Below, in pieces: positions 14,892 to 30,010 of a stretch of 64,000 bases of DNA (positions are counted from its first letter, which is position 1; each line of letters begins with the position of its first letter). The notes beneath the pieces were generated by a model. It was not told the origin of the DNA and did not search any database. It saw only the letters and a program-made list of their open reading frames with translations. The DNA lies in NCBI RefSeq assembly GCF_009914755.1, contig NC_060942.1; one strand, given 5' to 3'. The DNA is from the human T2T-CHM13v2.0 reference genome, Homo sapiens. The position numbers and the translations under genes are program-made.

Positions 14892-16065
14892 CTAACAAAA
14901 ATTAAAGTTATCAAAAGACATTTCCCCCCATGTGTCAGGTTTCCCATGAAGACTCAAACTGAAATAAAATTATTGTCTTATAAAAATACCAAAATTTGTA
15001 TCTCTTTATATGACTGCCTTATAAACTGGTAAGATCTTGAATTAATTTATCAATAGTTCAAAGCCTTTTGTAGGATACTATTTCACTTATGTTTCAACTC
15101 CTGAAATCCTCATCAAAAACACATCCCATGTCTTCCACCACTGAGGCTTTTCTTGAAGCACAGGAAGCCCCTCCACTGCTGATCATGGCTCCCCAGCCGT
15201 AGCCCTTCTGTGTGCTCTCAATCCAACATACAAAACACTCAACTCCAAACACTCAGGCTGCGTACACATGTGTGCCCAGCATTAAAAAAAGATGACACAG
15301 ATGCTGCTCACAAATGTCGTTTTGAAAGGAAGAAAATATATATAATCATAAAACAAACAACAAAATAAGATAAAATATGGGGAAATGCCCAAACCAACTC
15401 CATGCCAAGGAAAGAGCAATTGGCTAATTCCTAAATTCACCAATTTAGGTTCCTAGAAGCTGGTCTTTGATAAAATTTTTATTGGTTTTCAGTAAAGGTG
15501 GAAAAACAAGGAGAATTTATTGAGCTTCTTTAAAAAAAAAACTAAATTTTTTTCAACTCAAAAGATTATCCTTTTTTAAGATTAGCCTTTCTTATTTGAG
15601 AAGCCATCAACAAACCCTTTCTCTGACTGATAGTGACATACATAACTGGTTTGTTTATGCAATTTTAATGTCATTTTTTGGATGTGGATAGAGGCAGAAG
15701 AAAAGAGAAGACATCCTGGGCCCAGATTGCAACACAAACACAGAACTGACGTGACAGCTGTGGGGGATATGGGACAGAGATACAGGAAGGAGGAGCCTGG
15801 CCAGGGTTGCAGAGTGCAGTAAAATCAGACTGGGGAGCTGAGAGAGCCCTCTTGGAGAGGCTTTGAAATGCAGGCCGGGGAGTCTGGACTTACAGGTACA
15901 GCTGAAGAGACCATAACATTTAGAAGGCAAGAGTTCTAAACTCTACATTCTCCTCCTGTCTTCCCCAAACACATGGGTGAGCAGTAAGGTCTACATTTTT
16001 TCCTTACATGCACCTGCCCAAACCCAGTCTTCAGCCATCACTGCAATGATTAAAGATATCCTTTA

Positions 16066-16495
<430 letters not shown>

Positions 16496-18089
16496 CTATT
16501 TGTTTTACTTACCCAGAACCCCAGCACAGCATAACTCTGACAATACACTGAGCAACTATTTTTTATGACTGTGATAATAATAACTTTCTTGTATAAAACT
16601 CATTAATGTATTAAAAATCTTTACAAAACTTCTTTAAAAAAGAAAAAAGCTCTGTGACATCAAAATGCACAAAAGTGAATATTCTAGAACATATAATGTT
16701 AACAATAATTAACTTTTACTATTGGAGAAATGAAAGATTAAAAAAGAAATTACTTGCATTTAATTAGATAATAAATCAATACAAGTATCTGAATTAAATT
16801 TGAAATCTTTCAAATAACAGACCAATGTTTAATATCCTAAAATGTGATTAGGAGTATCTGCAGTCAGCCTTTTTGTTCAATACATCACCAAATACAGTTA
16901 GACCGGGACTATGCGTGTCACAGAATCCCCTGGCTGGCCTGGAGAGACAGGAGCCAAACAGGAAAAGAGAGAATCTGAGATAAGGAAGGAAGACACAGAA
17001 TGAAGGGAGGTGGAAAGGCAACGGATCCAGAGACCACTTGACTGGAAAAATGCAGACAGGACTAAAACTACTCTGTAATCCAAACTTTACAACTGCCATT
17101 CCATGTTGTAGAAACTACTAAAATAAAACCAGCTGGTTTAGGAAAGTTTAGACCCTCTCACAAAAAACATCCCCAAATTATTATTATTTTCTAGTCTACT
17201 TATTTTTGTTTATTGTTCCCACTACTGTTGAAAGTTTTCTTTTTTTACTGCAATGAAGGTGAGAGCAATGGAATGTCTATCAGTTCATAATTACAAGAAG
17301 TAGTAGACAATAGAACAAAGTAGCATGGTGGAAGCCCCTCCACTTGAGTCATTTTAAGTGGACACAGAAATTTAAAAGTTTCCTTGTCTAAATTTAAAAG
17401 TTGGACAAAGCATGTCCTTCAGCCAGTTTTTACAATAATGTGAGGCCCTCAGTGGGTCTTTTCCATCGTTCATTTCTTGGAATTAACAAATTTTTCACAT
17501 GATAATAAATCAATCCTGGGGTCAGCAAGCATACCCACAATACCAAAGTACATCAAAAGGAACCCAATTATAAATCACCCCATTTCCCCAGGGAACATCA
17601 CTGAATTGTTAGAGCCTTCTATTGGGAAGAGAGAACACAGAAAGAAGCATGTCTCACTTCCCATAAAATATATTTGCCTTTGTATACCCCAAACAAGCTA
17701 TCCATAGCTCAGACGCTTGCAGATAGCTGGAAATTTCCAGGACATTCTTTCCCAGAAAAAATCTATTAAGGAATAAAATATTTTCATGATATAATTTGAA
17801 CTCTTTATAAAGGAGTCATTCAAAATTATATTTAAAATCTGAAGTCATTTCCCATAAAGCTAATTTTTAAAAACTGATCTAATCTAGAATGTTAAGATCA
17901 CAAATTCTCTAATCACTGAAAAAAGAAGGCAATACTATTATACAGACTCAGAGAGAAAATGAAATGGTACCTATATTCATTTACATGAGATTTAACTGTC
18001 ATGATCAGCTTGCTCAGAATCACACTGCAAGTATTCAGAAGCTGCAGCTGAAACAGCTGAAGCAAAACGACCTGGCAATATTGAATGGG

Positions 18090-18600
18090 AAAAGTAGGGG
18101 TCTTGAATTTAGACACATGCAGGCTTGAATCCTGATGGAGCTACTCACTAGCTATGTGACTTTGGCAAGTCTCACAGTGTCTCTGAACCTGTTTCTCTGA
18201 ACTCATCCTCATTCTGTGAAGATTAAGTTGGATAAACTAGGCACAGTGCCTCACATCTGTAATCCCAGCACTTTGGGAGGCCAAGGTGGGTGGTTCACTT
18301 GAGGTCAGGAGGTCAAGACCAGCCTGGCCAACATGATTAAACTCCATCTCTACTAAAAATATAAAAATTAGCTGGGCATGGTGTTGTGACCCTGTAGTCC
18401 CAGCTCCTCGGAGAGAATCATTTGAACCTGGGAGGTGGAGGTTGCAGTGAGCCAAGGTCGCACCACTGCACTCCAGCCTGGGCGACAGAGTGAGACTCTG
18501 TCTAAAAAAAAAAAAAAAAGTTAAGTTGGATAATGAAAGCAAAGCACCTAGCATAATACCAGGGACATGAGAGTGCCCCAAGCAAGTGACAAAAAGTACT
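18090..18600 (+). mobile_element. MIR interrupted by an Alu (18239-18519)
   Basis: MIR core on both sides; TSD ttaagttggataa. Confidence 0.85.
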
Positions 18601-19102
18601 GTGAACATGGCTGGGAAAGACAGTGCAACCATCCTTACTGCTTCCCAAGACTGAATATTTGGGAGACATTTACACTAGAGTAAAAATATACAGTAAGCAG
18701 TGTATAGTATTTAAGTTGAGTATTTAAGTATGGAAAGTATTAAGCTGTTTAAAAGCAAAGGTAAGCACAATCAAGGAATGAACTGTTAATTTTTAATAAG
18801 AAAAAGTTCCAATTTCCATGATGTCTGTCATGGCCAAACAATATCCACAAAATTCCCCAAAATAGTTAAAATCAGGGAACTTACTTATGAAGGGCATAAA
18901 TCTAGAGCTGTTCATTCCTTCAAACACATCCATTTTGCAGCACTGACTGTATGAGGCACTGATGATACAAACATGAATAAGACAAAGTCCCTGACCTTGT
19001 GTAACTCAAAATCTAGTAACAGCATAGAACTAATCATAACACAAAATAAGTTGTAACACAGCCTAATGAGTGGTGTGTTACAAATAAGGATGCTTCCTTT
19101 CA

Positions 19103-19430
<328 letters not shown>

Positions 19431-19569
19431 ATTAAAAACAAATAAAGATGGAAACCTTATTCCCAAAGAGTTCAGTCTGGCAGGACAAAACAGCAAGTGA
19501 CTGCAACAGCATTTAGGCACAAGCTGCAATGAGGGAAAGAACATCTCAATTCGACTGCAAGAGTCCGCA

Positions 19570-20330
19570 AAGACTTCAAAAGAGGTTTGGCCTGAACTAA
19601 ATACTGAAGGCTGAGCAAGAAAGAGGTCAGAAATGGGTGGGAGGAGAACAAAAGCAGCATATGCGAAGAACAAAGGTATTAATGTGTATGTTGTGTTTAG
19701 AAAAATGCAGAAAGTCTAAATGGCTGAAAAGTAAAATGTCTGTGAAGTGGGAGAGAGGATAAATGATGCTGCTAGAAAAAGACCAATAACAGATTATGAA
19801 GGGCGCTAAGGGTCATATTCCTTTTGATACTGCCAAGTAAATATGGGTTTTTAGCCTGAAAATGTGATCAGATCTATGTTTCAAAAGATGAGTAATGAGA
19901 GAATGGAAAATAGACTAGGCAGGGAGAGAGATATGGACAGGAAATCTAATTAATGCAACAGGTCAAGGGAGAAGCGAGGTGTGCATACCATGGAGAAATG
20001 GCAACAGAAACACAGAGAAGGGAATGTCAGGGGCTTCAGAAAGCCATTTCAGAGGCAGAACCAATATGGAAGCAACTTTGGAAAATACAGGAATGAAGTA
20101 GGGTAGGGTAACTGGAAGTGATGATATTGATGCCTAAGTTTCCAGCTTGGGAGACCAGCTATGTGAAATTATAGGAAGAAGAGATTTGGAAGGTAAAGGT
20201 GAGATTAATTTGGGAATATGGAGTTTGAGGTATTTGTGGAACATTCAGGTAGAATGAGGCAGGTGGAAATCTAGATTTGGAACTCAAGAGAGAATTCTGG
20301 ACTAGAGAAACAGAACAGGATTATCAACAT
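19570..20330. mobile_element. L2 fragment
   Basis: Purine-rich decayed L2-like motifs (gagtttgaggtatttgtggaacattcaggt). Confidence 0.6.
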
Positions 20331-21502
20331 ATGAGTAAATAGCTCTTTTGTTCGTTTTGAACTATTCTGAGATCTATTGGAGTTATACAGTCTCCAGAAA
20401 AAAAAATTTATGCACACTTTCAGGAACTTCACCAATTCTCTAAAGACCATTCACAGACCCCAGATTAAGAACTCCAGCACAGACAGTAGGCAAAAGAAGA
20501 TGATGTCATATGAAGAAGAGAATCAGGATAACTAGCAATTTAAGGGTTTGAGTTGAGGAGGAAGAAACCCTGGAAACTGAGAAGTGCTTAGAGATTCAGA
20601 GGGAAAAGATGTGACTACATAAAGTTCAATATCACAACAGAAAGATGTTAAAAGGAATCAAAACTACTGAACATAGCCATGAGGTGGTCACTGGACACAT
20701 CTATATAGAGGGCTACAGTTTTATGTATAAAAATAACACAACCTACCTTTTGCAGGACATACTCTCTCCCAATGACAGTTTCATGATGAGTCATAAACAC
20801 TGAGAACTCACCCTCTCTATCCTCCATTAACACCTCTTTTTCCAAAACTAAAGTCATCCATAACCAATATTATCCATTTGGGTATTGGATGGCTTCATAT
20901 TTAAGTACAATCTTTGGCCAAAAATCTGAGCAAAACGAACAACTTGCATAGATAATTCCCCAACTTCATAGCAGGTAGAGTTTCAGCTTTCCTCTATCTT
21001 GCCCTTTGCCATTAATGTGTAACAAAACATATTTTTATCTTCAAGTCCTAGAAGTATCAACCAGCAAATACCGCCTGGGATAGCCTCAACTAGCAACGAC
21101 AGTACTATATAACTTTCAAGATTATTTAAGCCTCCGCCTATAAAAGTTGTTCACTGTCCATGTTTTTAATTGCCCTGGCAAATCTGCGTTATCAGGCAAA
21201 ACACTGGCTGCAGTCGATACTATTATTGATACTGAACTTCTAGGAGCCATCAGTGAGGGATCTCAAGCTTGTGGAACTTCCCAAGTGGGACTAAAAGTCA
21301 GGGCACTAAGCAAACAAGTGAGGCCAGCAGAAAAGTAAAACCTGCTTTAAGAAAACTTAAATATTTCTAATGACGTTAGGGCCACAAAATACAGCTATTT
21401 TTTCAAATTCTTTACGCTTCTGCAACATCTCCTTTTTTCCCTCTCTCCTTCATTACTTTTCCCCCTTCTTTCTTCAAGCTATATTAGCAATTACCAATTT
21501 TT

Positions 21503-21800
21503 CTTTTTTTTTCTTGAGACAGGGTCTCACTCTGTTGCCCAGGCTGGAGTGCGGTGGCACAGTCACAGCTCACTGCAGCCTGGACCTCCTGCGGTTAAGT
21601 GATCCTCCTGCTTCAGCCACCCAAGTAGCTTGGACCACAGGCGTGCGCCACCATGCCCGGCTTATTTTTGTATAATATTTTTTGTAAAGACAGAGTTTCT
21701 CCATGTTGCCCAGGCTGCTGAACTCCTGAGCTCAAGCAATCTGCCCACCTCAACCTCCCAAAGTGCTAGGATTACAGGAGTGACCCACCACGCTCAGCCC
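21503..21800 (-). mobile_element. Alu (J-type)
   Basis: Reverse Alu with J-like cactgcagcct...gacctcct. Confidence 0.92.
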
Positions 21801-23029
21801 AACTTTTCTTTAAAGAAAAGAAAGCACAAGAACTTTGGTATGTTTGTAAAAACATCTAAGCCATGTTCACATCAGTCCTTATCATAAATCATCTTTTCTC
21901 TGACCTCCCTCCAATCAAAATTACCTAGAAGACATTTTAGAAAAGGTGTTTCTTTTTATTTCAGAATTAACAAAGCAAAAGATTATGTTTAAAATCTCAA
22001 TTCAAGGGTTCAGACAAATAATATAATACTATGATCCCTTTTTCTGTAAAGGAAAAGAGACAAGTCACAGGTAGGCTTAGAGCTTCAGCTCCCTGGCCTG
22101 CCTGGTGGTATTTTCCACTGCAAGGCCCAGAGAGTTAACAGGAGGTCAGGGCAAGAGACCTGTTCTTTAGCTGAGGCAGTAAATATTTACAGTTCTTCAC
22201 AGAGCAAGCCATCAGCCAGAACTGGAAAAACATTTCTTTATAGTTATCTCACTTGTCACTTATAAAAATGCATTTTAGAATTCTCTTCTCTATATAAAAT
22301 TAACAGTCTGGCAAAGATATGTAGTTTTAAAATATGGAAAAACACAAATTGGTGAAGACACCCCTTTTTTTATTAAAACCGGATACATTTTCAGTTTTTT
22401 CCTCACTAACTCGAACTCCACCCAAAATTGGCAAACTTTTCTCCCAGTTTTATTACTTCAGCAAGCGATCTTTTCTTAAATATTTCTACCTTGGTCTTAC
22501 TATAACAGCATTAGTAACTGGGAAAAAAATACACCAAAAGAAAACCAACTGTATAAAGCACCTGGCCAAAGATAACTCAATGTTTAAGAGTCGCACATAT
22601 TTACAATAACATACGGGAAAATAAGTTGGACTCATCCTAACTTTTAGGTCAAATTTCTGAACTTTAGACAAATACAACTATGTTGAAAAATCAGAGACAC
22701 ATTTTGAAAGTAATGAAAAATACAATACATATAAAAGATTATTTCAGAGAAGACATTTTGTAGAAAAGAGTCTCCCAAGGAAATTGATGGAGACATTGGA
22801 ATAGTTACAATGAAAATTAGCAAAAAAAGAAGGGAAATTTCTGAAAGACAAACAAGAGGGAGTAAAATAAATTTTCTCCAATTTCCAAAAGCTAACAAAA
22901 AAGAATCATTTGTGTGTAGACAGATTTAGACAATAGGCAGTGCTAATCTCCAAGCATTTCTCTTTCAGCTTAAGGAATACTGACTTCACTCGAAGGAGGA
23001 ATACAGTGCGGTGATTAATGAACACAGGC

Positions 23030-23400
23030 TGGCCGGGTGCGGTGGCTCAGGCCTGCAATACCAGCACTTTGGGAGTCCGAGACAGGCAGATTGCTTGAGC
23101 CCACTAGTTTGAGAGCAGCCTGGGCAACATGGCAAAATCCCATCTCTACTACAAAACCCCATCTCTACTTTAAAAAGAGCACTGGCTCTGGAGCCGGACT
23201 GCCTGGGCCTTTCTGGCTGTGCCACTTACGGGCTGTGGCACTTCAGGTGAGCAACTTAATTAACTTCTCTGTGACTCTACTTCCTTACCTGAGAAATGAA
23301 GATAATATGATAAAGGCCACCTTGCAGAGTTGTTGTGAGGATAAAATAACTTATTTAAAGTGTTTAGACAGGGCCTGGCATAAAGTAAATGCTATGGCAC
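23030..23400 (+). mobile_element. FLAM-like Alu monomer (23030-~23170) inserted in a MIR
   Basis: Left monomer only, then MIR core (ctctgtgactc...gttgtgaggataaaat...gcctggcata). Confidence 0.8.
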
Positions 23401-23797
23401 ACTAGCTTCAGCGAAGCTTCCATTGTGAAGTGCATACCATATTGCAGATCCAAATTCTGCCTATATTCCAGTGCAAGAAGGTAACTCTGAGAGGCAGTTC
23501 AAGTTTCAGTCACATTGTTGCATGTCTCTCCTCTGCCTGTCAGCAAGTTCCACCCAACTAATCTGCTTCCCATATATCCTTCCCACGTTCATCTTCAGGG
23601 GCTCCCTGCCATGTGCAGCAGACAGCCAGAGTTCCCAATGATGGTGCACACCAAGCTTTCCAATGTGAATTCCCACCAACACCCCCAAAACACTTGGAAC
23701 GGGCTGACCTAGCCACCGACCCCTAAATGACATCATGGCCACTCCATTTCCAAATTCCTTCTAACTGTATCATCACCAAAGTCTTTTAATCAATTGA

Positions 23798-24186
<389 letters not shown>

Positions 24187-24356
24187 CTACAAAAATGTGT
24201 GATTAGCTCTATGAGTGTTTTCATGCCCTGCAAAACTAGTAAATGTTTGGGACACAGACAGTGTGCTATATATGTCTTTCAATCTTTCTCATTGATAAGC
24301 CAACATTACGGACTCAATTAAAATTCTCTCAGTTCTGAAGAAATTTAAACACTTAC

Positions 24357-24519
24357 CTGAACCGTGACAACTGCGGCTCCTTGGCATTTCTTACCGCTGC
24401 TGCCTCTGCACTCCAAATGTAGTGTGGTCTGTTCTTCACGATTCACATACTGCTTTGGCATTGTGTCTAACAGCTCACCATCCAGAGCAACCTGCTGAGA
24501 TTCCCGAAGAGCTGCGGTT
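24357..24519 (-). CDS. EPG5: EPG5 coding exon (~27), 163 nt
   Basis: TTTTCAG|AACC ... TCAG|GTAAGT; TAALRESQQVALDGELLDTMPKQYVNREEQTTLHLECRGSSGKKCQGAAVVTVQ. Confidence 0.95.
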
Positions 24520-25073
24520 CTGAAAAACATCATCAGGAGGTAAAAGAAAGTCTTAGGAAAGGTTATATGATAGGTGATAAAGGCTTCCAGTTACCCACAG
24601 CCAGCATTATAGTGCAGCAAAAGACACATAAACCATAGTAACAGAGGACCAAAGGTTGTGAGCCAAGACTTACCCAAATCATCCCCCAGCAGAGAGGCTA
24701 AAGAGAAAGCTAAGAAATGAAAGAAAAGCCTATAGAGAAGTGAGACAACTTGATAGCCACAAACAAAGCTCCATTTAGAATCCATGTTATACCAACAGAC
24801 CCTACAAGAACAACTGAGAATTCTATCCTAACTTCATCACCCTCAAGGGGTGCCTTAATTATAAGTACCAATGACTTCTTAGGTATTAGCAACTCAAAAC
24901 GAAATGTCAAAGACCAAGAAAGCTAATCGCATACATGGGGTGTCAAAACTGGTCTAACGGTATGTATCATTACATTAATGGGCAGGTGCTTATATGTGCA
25001 CTCAACACACACGCAACAAATGCCTGGACCAAAAACAGACAAGGAAAAAAATACTGATAAGAAATTGATTCAT

Positions 25074-25386
<313 letters not shown>

Positions 25387-25949
25387 TCACATAGGATTTG
25401 TAAAAGTAAGGCTCGCTTACTGTTAATGAAACAGACTTACTCCACGTACGCTCCTTCTCACAAGATCTCAAGTTAGATCAAAACCTTAAATGGTTGATCA
25501 TATTGTATCCACCTTGTGAACTCAAAACAATGACTTTTCCACACTTCAATCAATATTTATGTCAATTTCTTAAAGAATATGGAGAAGTAGAGAGTACAGC
25601 AATGAGAAAAGAAAGGAACTCTTACTTCACACCTTTCCAACATCATCTTTCCAATATCAGAAGATCTCTTCATGAGAAGCATACGAAAATCTTAGCTGGC
25701 ACTGCTGATGCTCAGAAATGCCACCACAGGAAATGTGAAATTGATAGTTGGTGAGAGTACCACATAATTTCGATGTGAAATTATAAGACTTGTCACAACT
25801 TGGTTAACCAAGTGAACCGTCTGGGCCAGGTTGGTCAAACTATCCTCATTGTAAAAATGCTGACAAGGAAGCCACTCCAGGTAGCAAATTATCCAGGCTG
25901 TCAAAGCCACCAACATGGGAACATGATCCGTGAGGCTGCATGGTCTTAC

Positions 25950-26121
25950 CTGGCCTGCTGTTGCAACAGATTCAGGTCTGTGCACACCAGCTGGGTGGCG
26001 TCCTTCTGACTCAATAGCACAGCAGAGGAAATAACTGGCACAGGAGGCTTCGTCGGGTGCAGAGCAAGGGGAGGCTGGGGAGCCTCATGCTTCCGCAAGT
26101 TACTTAAAACCCTTTCTTTAG
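25950..26121 (-). CDS. EPG5: EPG5 coding exon (~26), 172 nt
   Basis: CTTTCAG|CTAA ... CCAG|GTAAGA; KERVLSNLRKHEAPQPPLALHPTKPPVPVISSAVLLSQKDATQLVCTDLNLLQQQA. Confidence 0.95.
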
Positions 26122-26718
26122 CTGAAAGAAAATTAAGTCATATATACTGAGCAATCAGGTGAATTAGCAGGAGAACAGAAGCATGTGGTACAATTCAGTA
26201 GAATTCCTATCCTCAAAAAATTTATAGTCTTACGATAGTTGAAGAGTTAAAGCTCATGATCTTAAATTATTACCCTAGACAGGCCTTGCATGACATGCTA
26301 ACAAGTTTGGACTTGATATTAGTGTAAAGCTACTATCTAGTGCCTTACGCTAATATCATGTGGATCTAGTGAACACCTCTATGCAAGCTTGAATCAGATG
26401 GTAGCTATCATCTGAATAATGGTTTAGGTAAATGGAGTAGGTCTGGAGGCAGGTCACCCAGTTAAGGTTTTAATGCCATCATCCAGAATTCAGAGGAATA
26501 GAAGAAAAAGGAATAAGCGTTATGGAATATAGCCGAGTCAAAAATCTGAAATCAGGTCAAGGTTTGAACAGGAGGACTGGATGCAGTAAGAGATAAAATG
26601 AATGAAGACATATGCATAAGCTCCTTCAGCACTTCTATTTATGCAGTCATATAGTCCATCAGTCATTTATTCATTCACTCAACAAATGATTTATGGAGTC
26701 CAAATAAGCAATCCTGTG

Positions 26719-26751
26719 CCACACACACACACACACACACACATACACACA
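26719..26751. repeat. (CA)n microsatellite
   Basis: Direct reading. Confidence 0.95.
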
Positions 26752-27724
26752 AAGGTGAATCTCTACCATGCAACTTTGCCCTAGATTACACATGATCTCA
26801 TACTGTTTAATCAAATTCAAATGTTTGATACTTCTAGACTTAGTACAGAGCTGAATACACAGTAGATATCCAATAGATTCCTATCTTCCCTCCCTCTCCC
26901 TTCACCACACTATACACATACCACACAGCAGGTGGGGACTGAATAACATGAAGAAAAATGCTGCTACCTACCCAATTCTTTTCAATAGCAAGAAACAGAG
27001 GAAGGCAGTGGTCAAGGGAATTTCAAGTCAGTAAGTCAAGTCAACAAGTACTTAAGGGACTACAGTGAATTTCCGATTACATTCCAGATGTAACATTCCA
27101 TTTTCTATTCTTGTTGAGAAAAATTAAAGAAAAATTAATAGCCATGACTTTACTTGGCATAAGGAGACTTGTATTGTTTGTACCCCAAACAGATGGAATT
27201 CAACATTTCAAATAGGTCAAGTACAGCACTATCCCTTATAGTTAGTGTTTTTCCACTAGAACTAACTACTCTTTGCACAGATGTAACCAAGTTAGGTATT
27301 CACCACTGGATAAGACTTGTTACTATTTATGTTAAAGTTCCTTTCAAGCAACATAAGAGGCCATGATGCTAAAGGAAAACTGGGGGCTCTTTCAAACCCA
27401 ATATAAGTTACCATAAAAGAAAAACCAAGGTATTTTAAAAACAAACAAACAAAAAATCTAAATTCATATTTAACAGTAATCACCACTCTGGACCACAACT
27501 GACAAAAATATTGAAGCCAATAAAACAAATTTAGTTTAAGAAAAAGAAATTGCTATCACAAGGGTGCTAGTGAAATTTTTCCTACAACCAATCATAACCA
27601 CAAATTAAATCATTTGATATAATCATCAACTAATCTCTTATATCTGAGAAAAACCTGAAACTCACTATTTAGAAGTATAGGCCCTAATTTTGTTTAGAAG
27701 TACAAGGTATCACCAGACACAAGA

Positions 27725-27950
27725 GGTAGAATAATGAGTGGTGAACAGCAGGTCTCTGGAGTCAGACGGCTCTGCCCAATAACCAGCTATGTGGCCCATG
27801 CAGGCAGGTCACCTAACAGCTTACAAATTGGGTTTCTTATCTGCTCAATAGGGATAACCTAACAACATAGGGTTTTTGTGAGGACTGAGTTAATGCATAT
27901 AAAGCACTGAGACAGTGCTCGGAACAAACGAAGGGCTTCATAAATTACTA
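27725..27950 (+). mobile_element. MIR
   Basis: ctggagtcagac...gtcacctaac...tttcttatctg...gtgaggactgag. Confidence 0.7.
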
Positions 27951-28926
27951 GCTTAACTCCAGCGAAAACAATTCGTATTTTAGGGCAGTGTTCAGGCAAC
28001 ATAGAAACACTATGAATGGAAGGGCATGAACGGAAATCATTTAATAGTTCCCAGATCTGTTCATATATTTCTTCTTCTTAACAAACTTTCAGGAATAGAA
28101 AAATGAGAATCTACGTTGTTGGCTTGAGGGCAATTTTCATCCCTTTCTCTATATACCTTTCTATATCATTTAATATTTAAAATTAATATATATCTTTTAT
28201 AATCAGAAAAAAAATTATTGTTTCAAGAAAAAGTGCAGGGAGAGGAAATGTTGGAGGGAAAAATTTTAGAGCCTTAGAAGAAACCAGCCAGCACCATTTT
28301 ACAGATGAATGGCGTGAAGTCCAGAGAAGTTCTTATTTGTCTCTCTTCATACAACTAACGCGTTTTGGTTAGTGGCAAGCTGGAATAAGAAGGTATTCTG
28401 CATTTCTCTGAATCACCTCAGTGTCTTCTTACACTATATATTGTAATAAATATTTTGGTCAACAATTGAATTTACAATGATATGTCCTATATTTTTGAAA
28501 TATAGTCAGTAATTAAAATTAATAGGTTACCCCAAATATCAGCAACTTTATAGGTTAAATGGGCTTTTGTGGCCTGATAGAAAACTAACTGGTAATTTAT
28601 ACCACTGTTTCTCTAGAAAAATGTACTGGGAGAAACAAGTAACTTAGAAACTTCAGGAATCTGATTCATTTGTATGGTAAGGGTTCTAGGTACAAAGGAA
28701 AAGAGTTTATAAAAGAAAAAGACAGACTTCTGATTTTCAAAACTGCAAAGTAATTACATTTACAGTTGCAATTTACACCATTGTGTAAGTCAACTGAAAT
28801 CTCTTTTTAAAGCACCAGAGGAAAAATGAACACTGGGGGAATAAAGTATGTCAGCCTCAACCCTCAATGGCTCTGATTCAATCATTCATTCACTCATTCG
28901 AAGGGGCAGGTGCTCCCAGGACCCAC

Positions 28927-29071
28927 CCAGCAAAGGATCAGTGAAGTCCAGCTGCACGGACAAACTGCAGGGTGTGGAATGGGACTCAAGCTTGGCCTGT
29001 GTCCACAGACCAACAGTCTCCTGAAACTCATGATAGATGCGCTCCATGTTCAAATACTCCATCCACAGATC
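28927..29071 (-). CDS. EPG5: EPG5 coding exon (~25), 145 nt
   Basis: GTTTCAG|GATC ... CTGG|GTGGGT; DLWMEYLNMERIYHEFQETVGLWTQAKLESHSTPCSLSVQLDFTDPLL. Confidence 0.94.
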
Positions 29072-29419
29072 CTGAAACAGAACGACAGTACTTTAACTCT
29101 GACAGACAAGTCATAGATTCACATATAAAACTATGTATTTAACTATAAAGTGAACCAGTAAGTTTCAACACGAAGTGGTCTACTCCAAGTCCTCCACCAT
29201 TAGGATAAATTGCCATTAAAATGACCACTCTAACAATCCCTGCAGTAGCTGTAAAACTTTTTTGATTGTGTATCATGATTAGAAAAAATTTTAACAGCCC
29301 TATATGTATATTTGTAAATTATATACATACACTATAAAGCTAATACATTATGTATACTATAAGACATAGGTAAAAAATAGCAAATGTTAAAGAGGTAAAA
29401 AATAAAATGTTAAAAAATA

Positions 29420-30010
29420 ATCAAATCTGAATTAGATCAAGACACTAAATCCAACTATCAATTTACAGTAAATACAGGGGACAGAAAAACATGTTAAACT
29501 ACACCGTGAAGATACAATTAGCAAAATCCATACTGTGGGGAGCCTCTATGGACAAACTACTCAGTTTCTTCAACAAATAAATTGCAAGGAAAAGTAAAGG
29601 GATAAGGGGAGGACTTGTAGATTAAACAGACTTATAAGACATATCAACCAATCACAACATGTGGATCCTGATTTAAACTATGAAAATAAATAAAAAAAAA
29701 ACTTTTATGACATTTATGAGAAAGGTGGAAACTTGAACATTGACTAAATATTTGATATAAAAAATTATTTCTAATATGTTTAGGTATGCTATTGGGTTAT
29801 GTCATTTTTTTATCCCTATCTTTTAAAATCTTCATGCATCAAGTGCTCTCTGGGATTACCTCCAAGATAAAATGGAAGAGGAAGTGGATGGGCTATAGAT
29901 GAAACTAGACACATGGCATATGTGGGGAGGGGGAGAAGAGCATGCCCATTATACTGCTCTCCCTATTTTCCTATAAAATGGAATTTTTTCATAATAACAG
30001 GTGTCAAATA
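29420..30010 (+). mobile_element. L1MC-like 3' fragment
   Basis: gcaaaatccatactgtgggga...ttcttcaacaaataaattgcaagg...gtagattaaa motifs. Confidence 0.65.

Noticed and set aside
16500-16580. Donor-like TGG|GTAAGT at ~16513 on the minus strand
   Set aside because: No convincing upstream pyrimidine-rich acceptor; isolated donors are common.
25494-26009. Several ORFs next to exon 25950-26121
   Set aside because: Out-of-frame or antisense readings running into the intron, with no recognisable homology.
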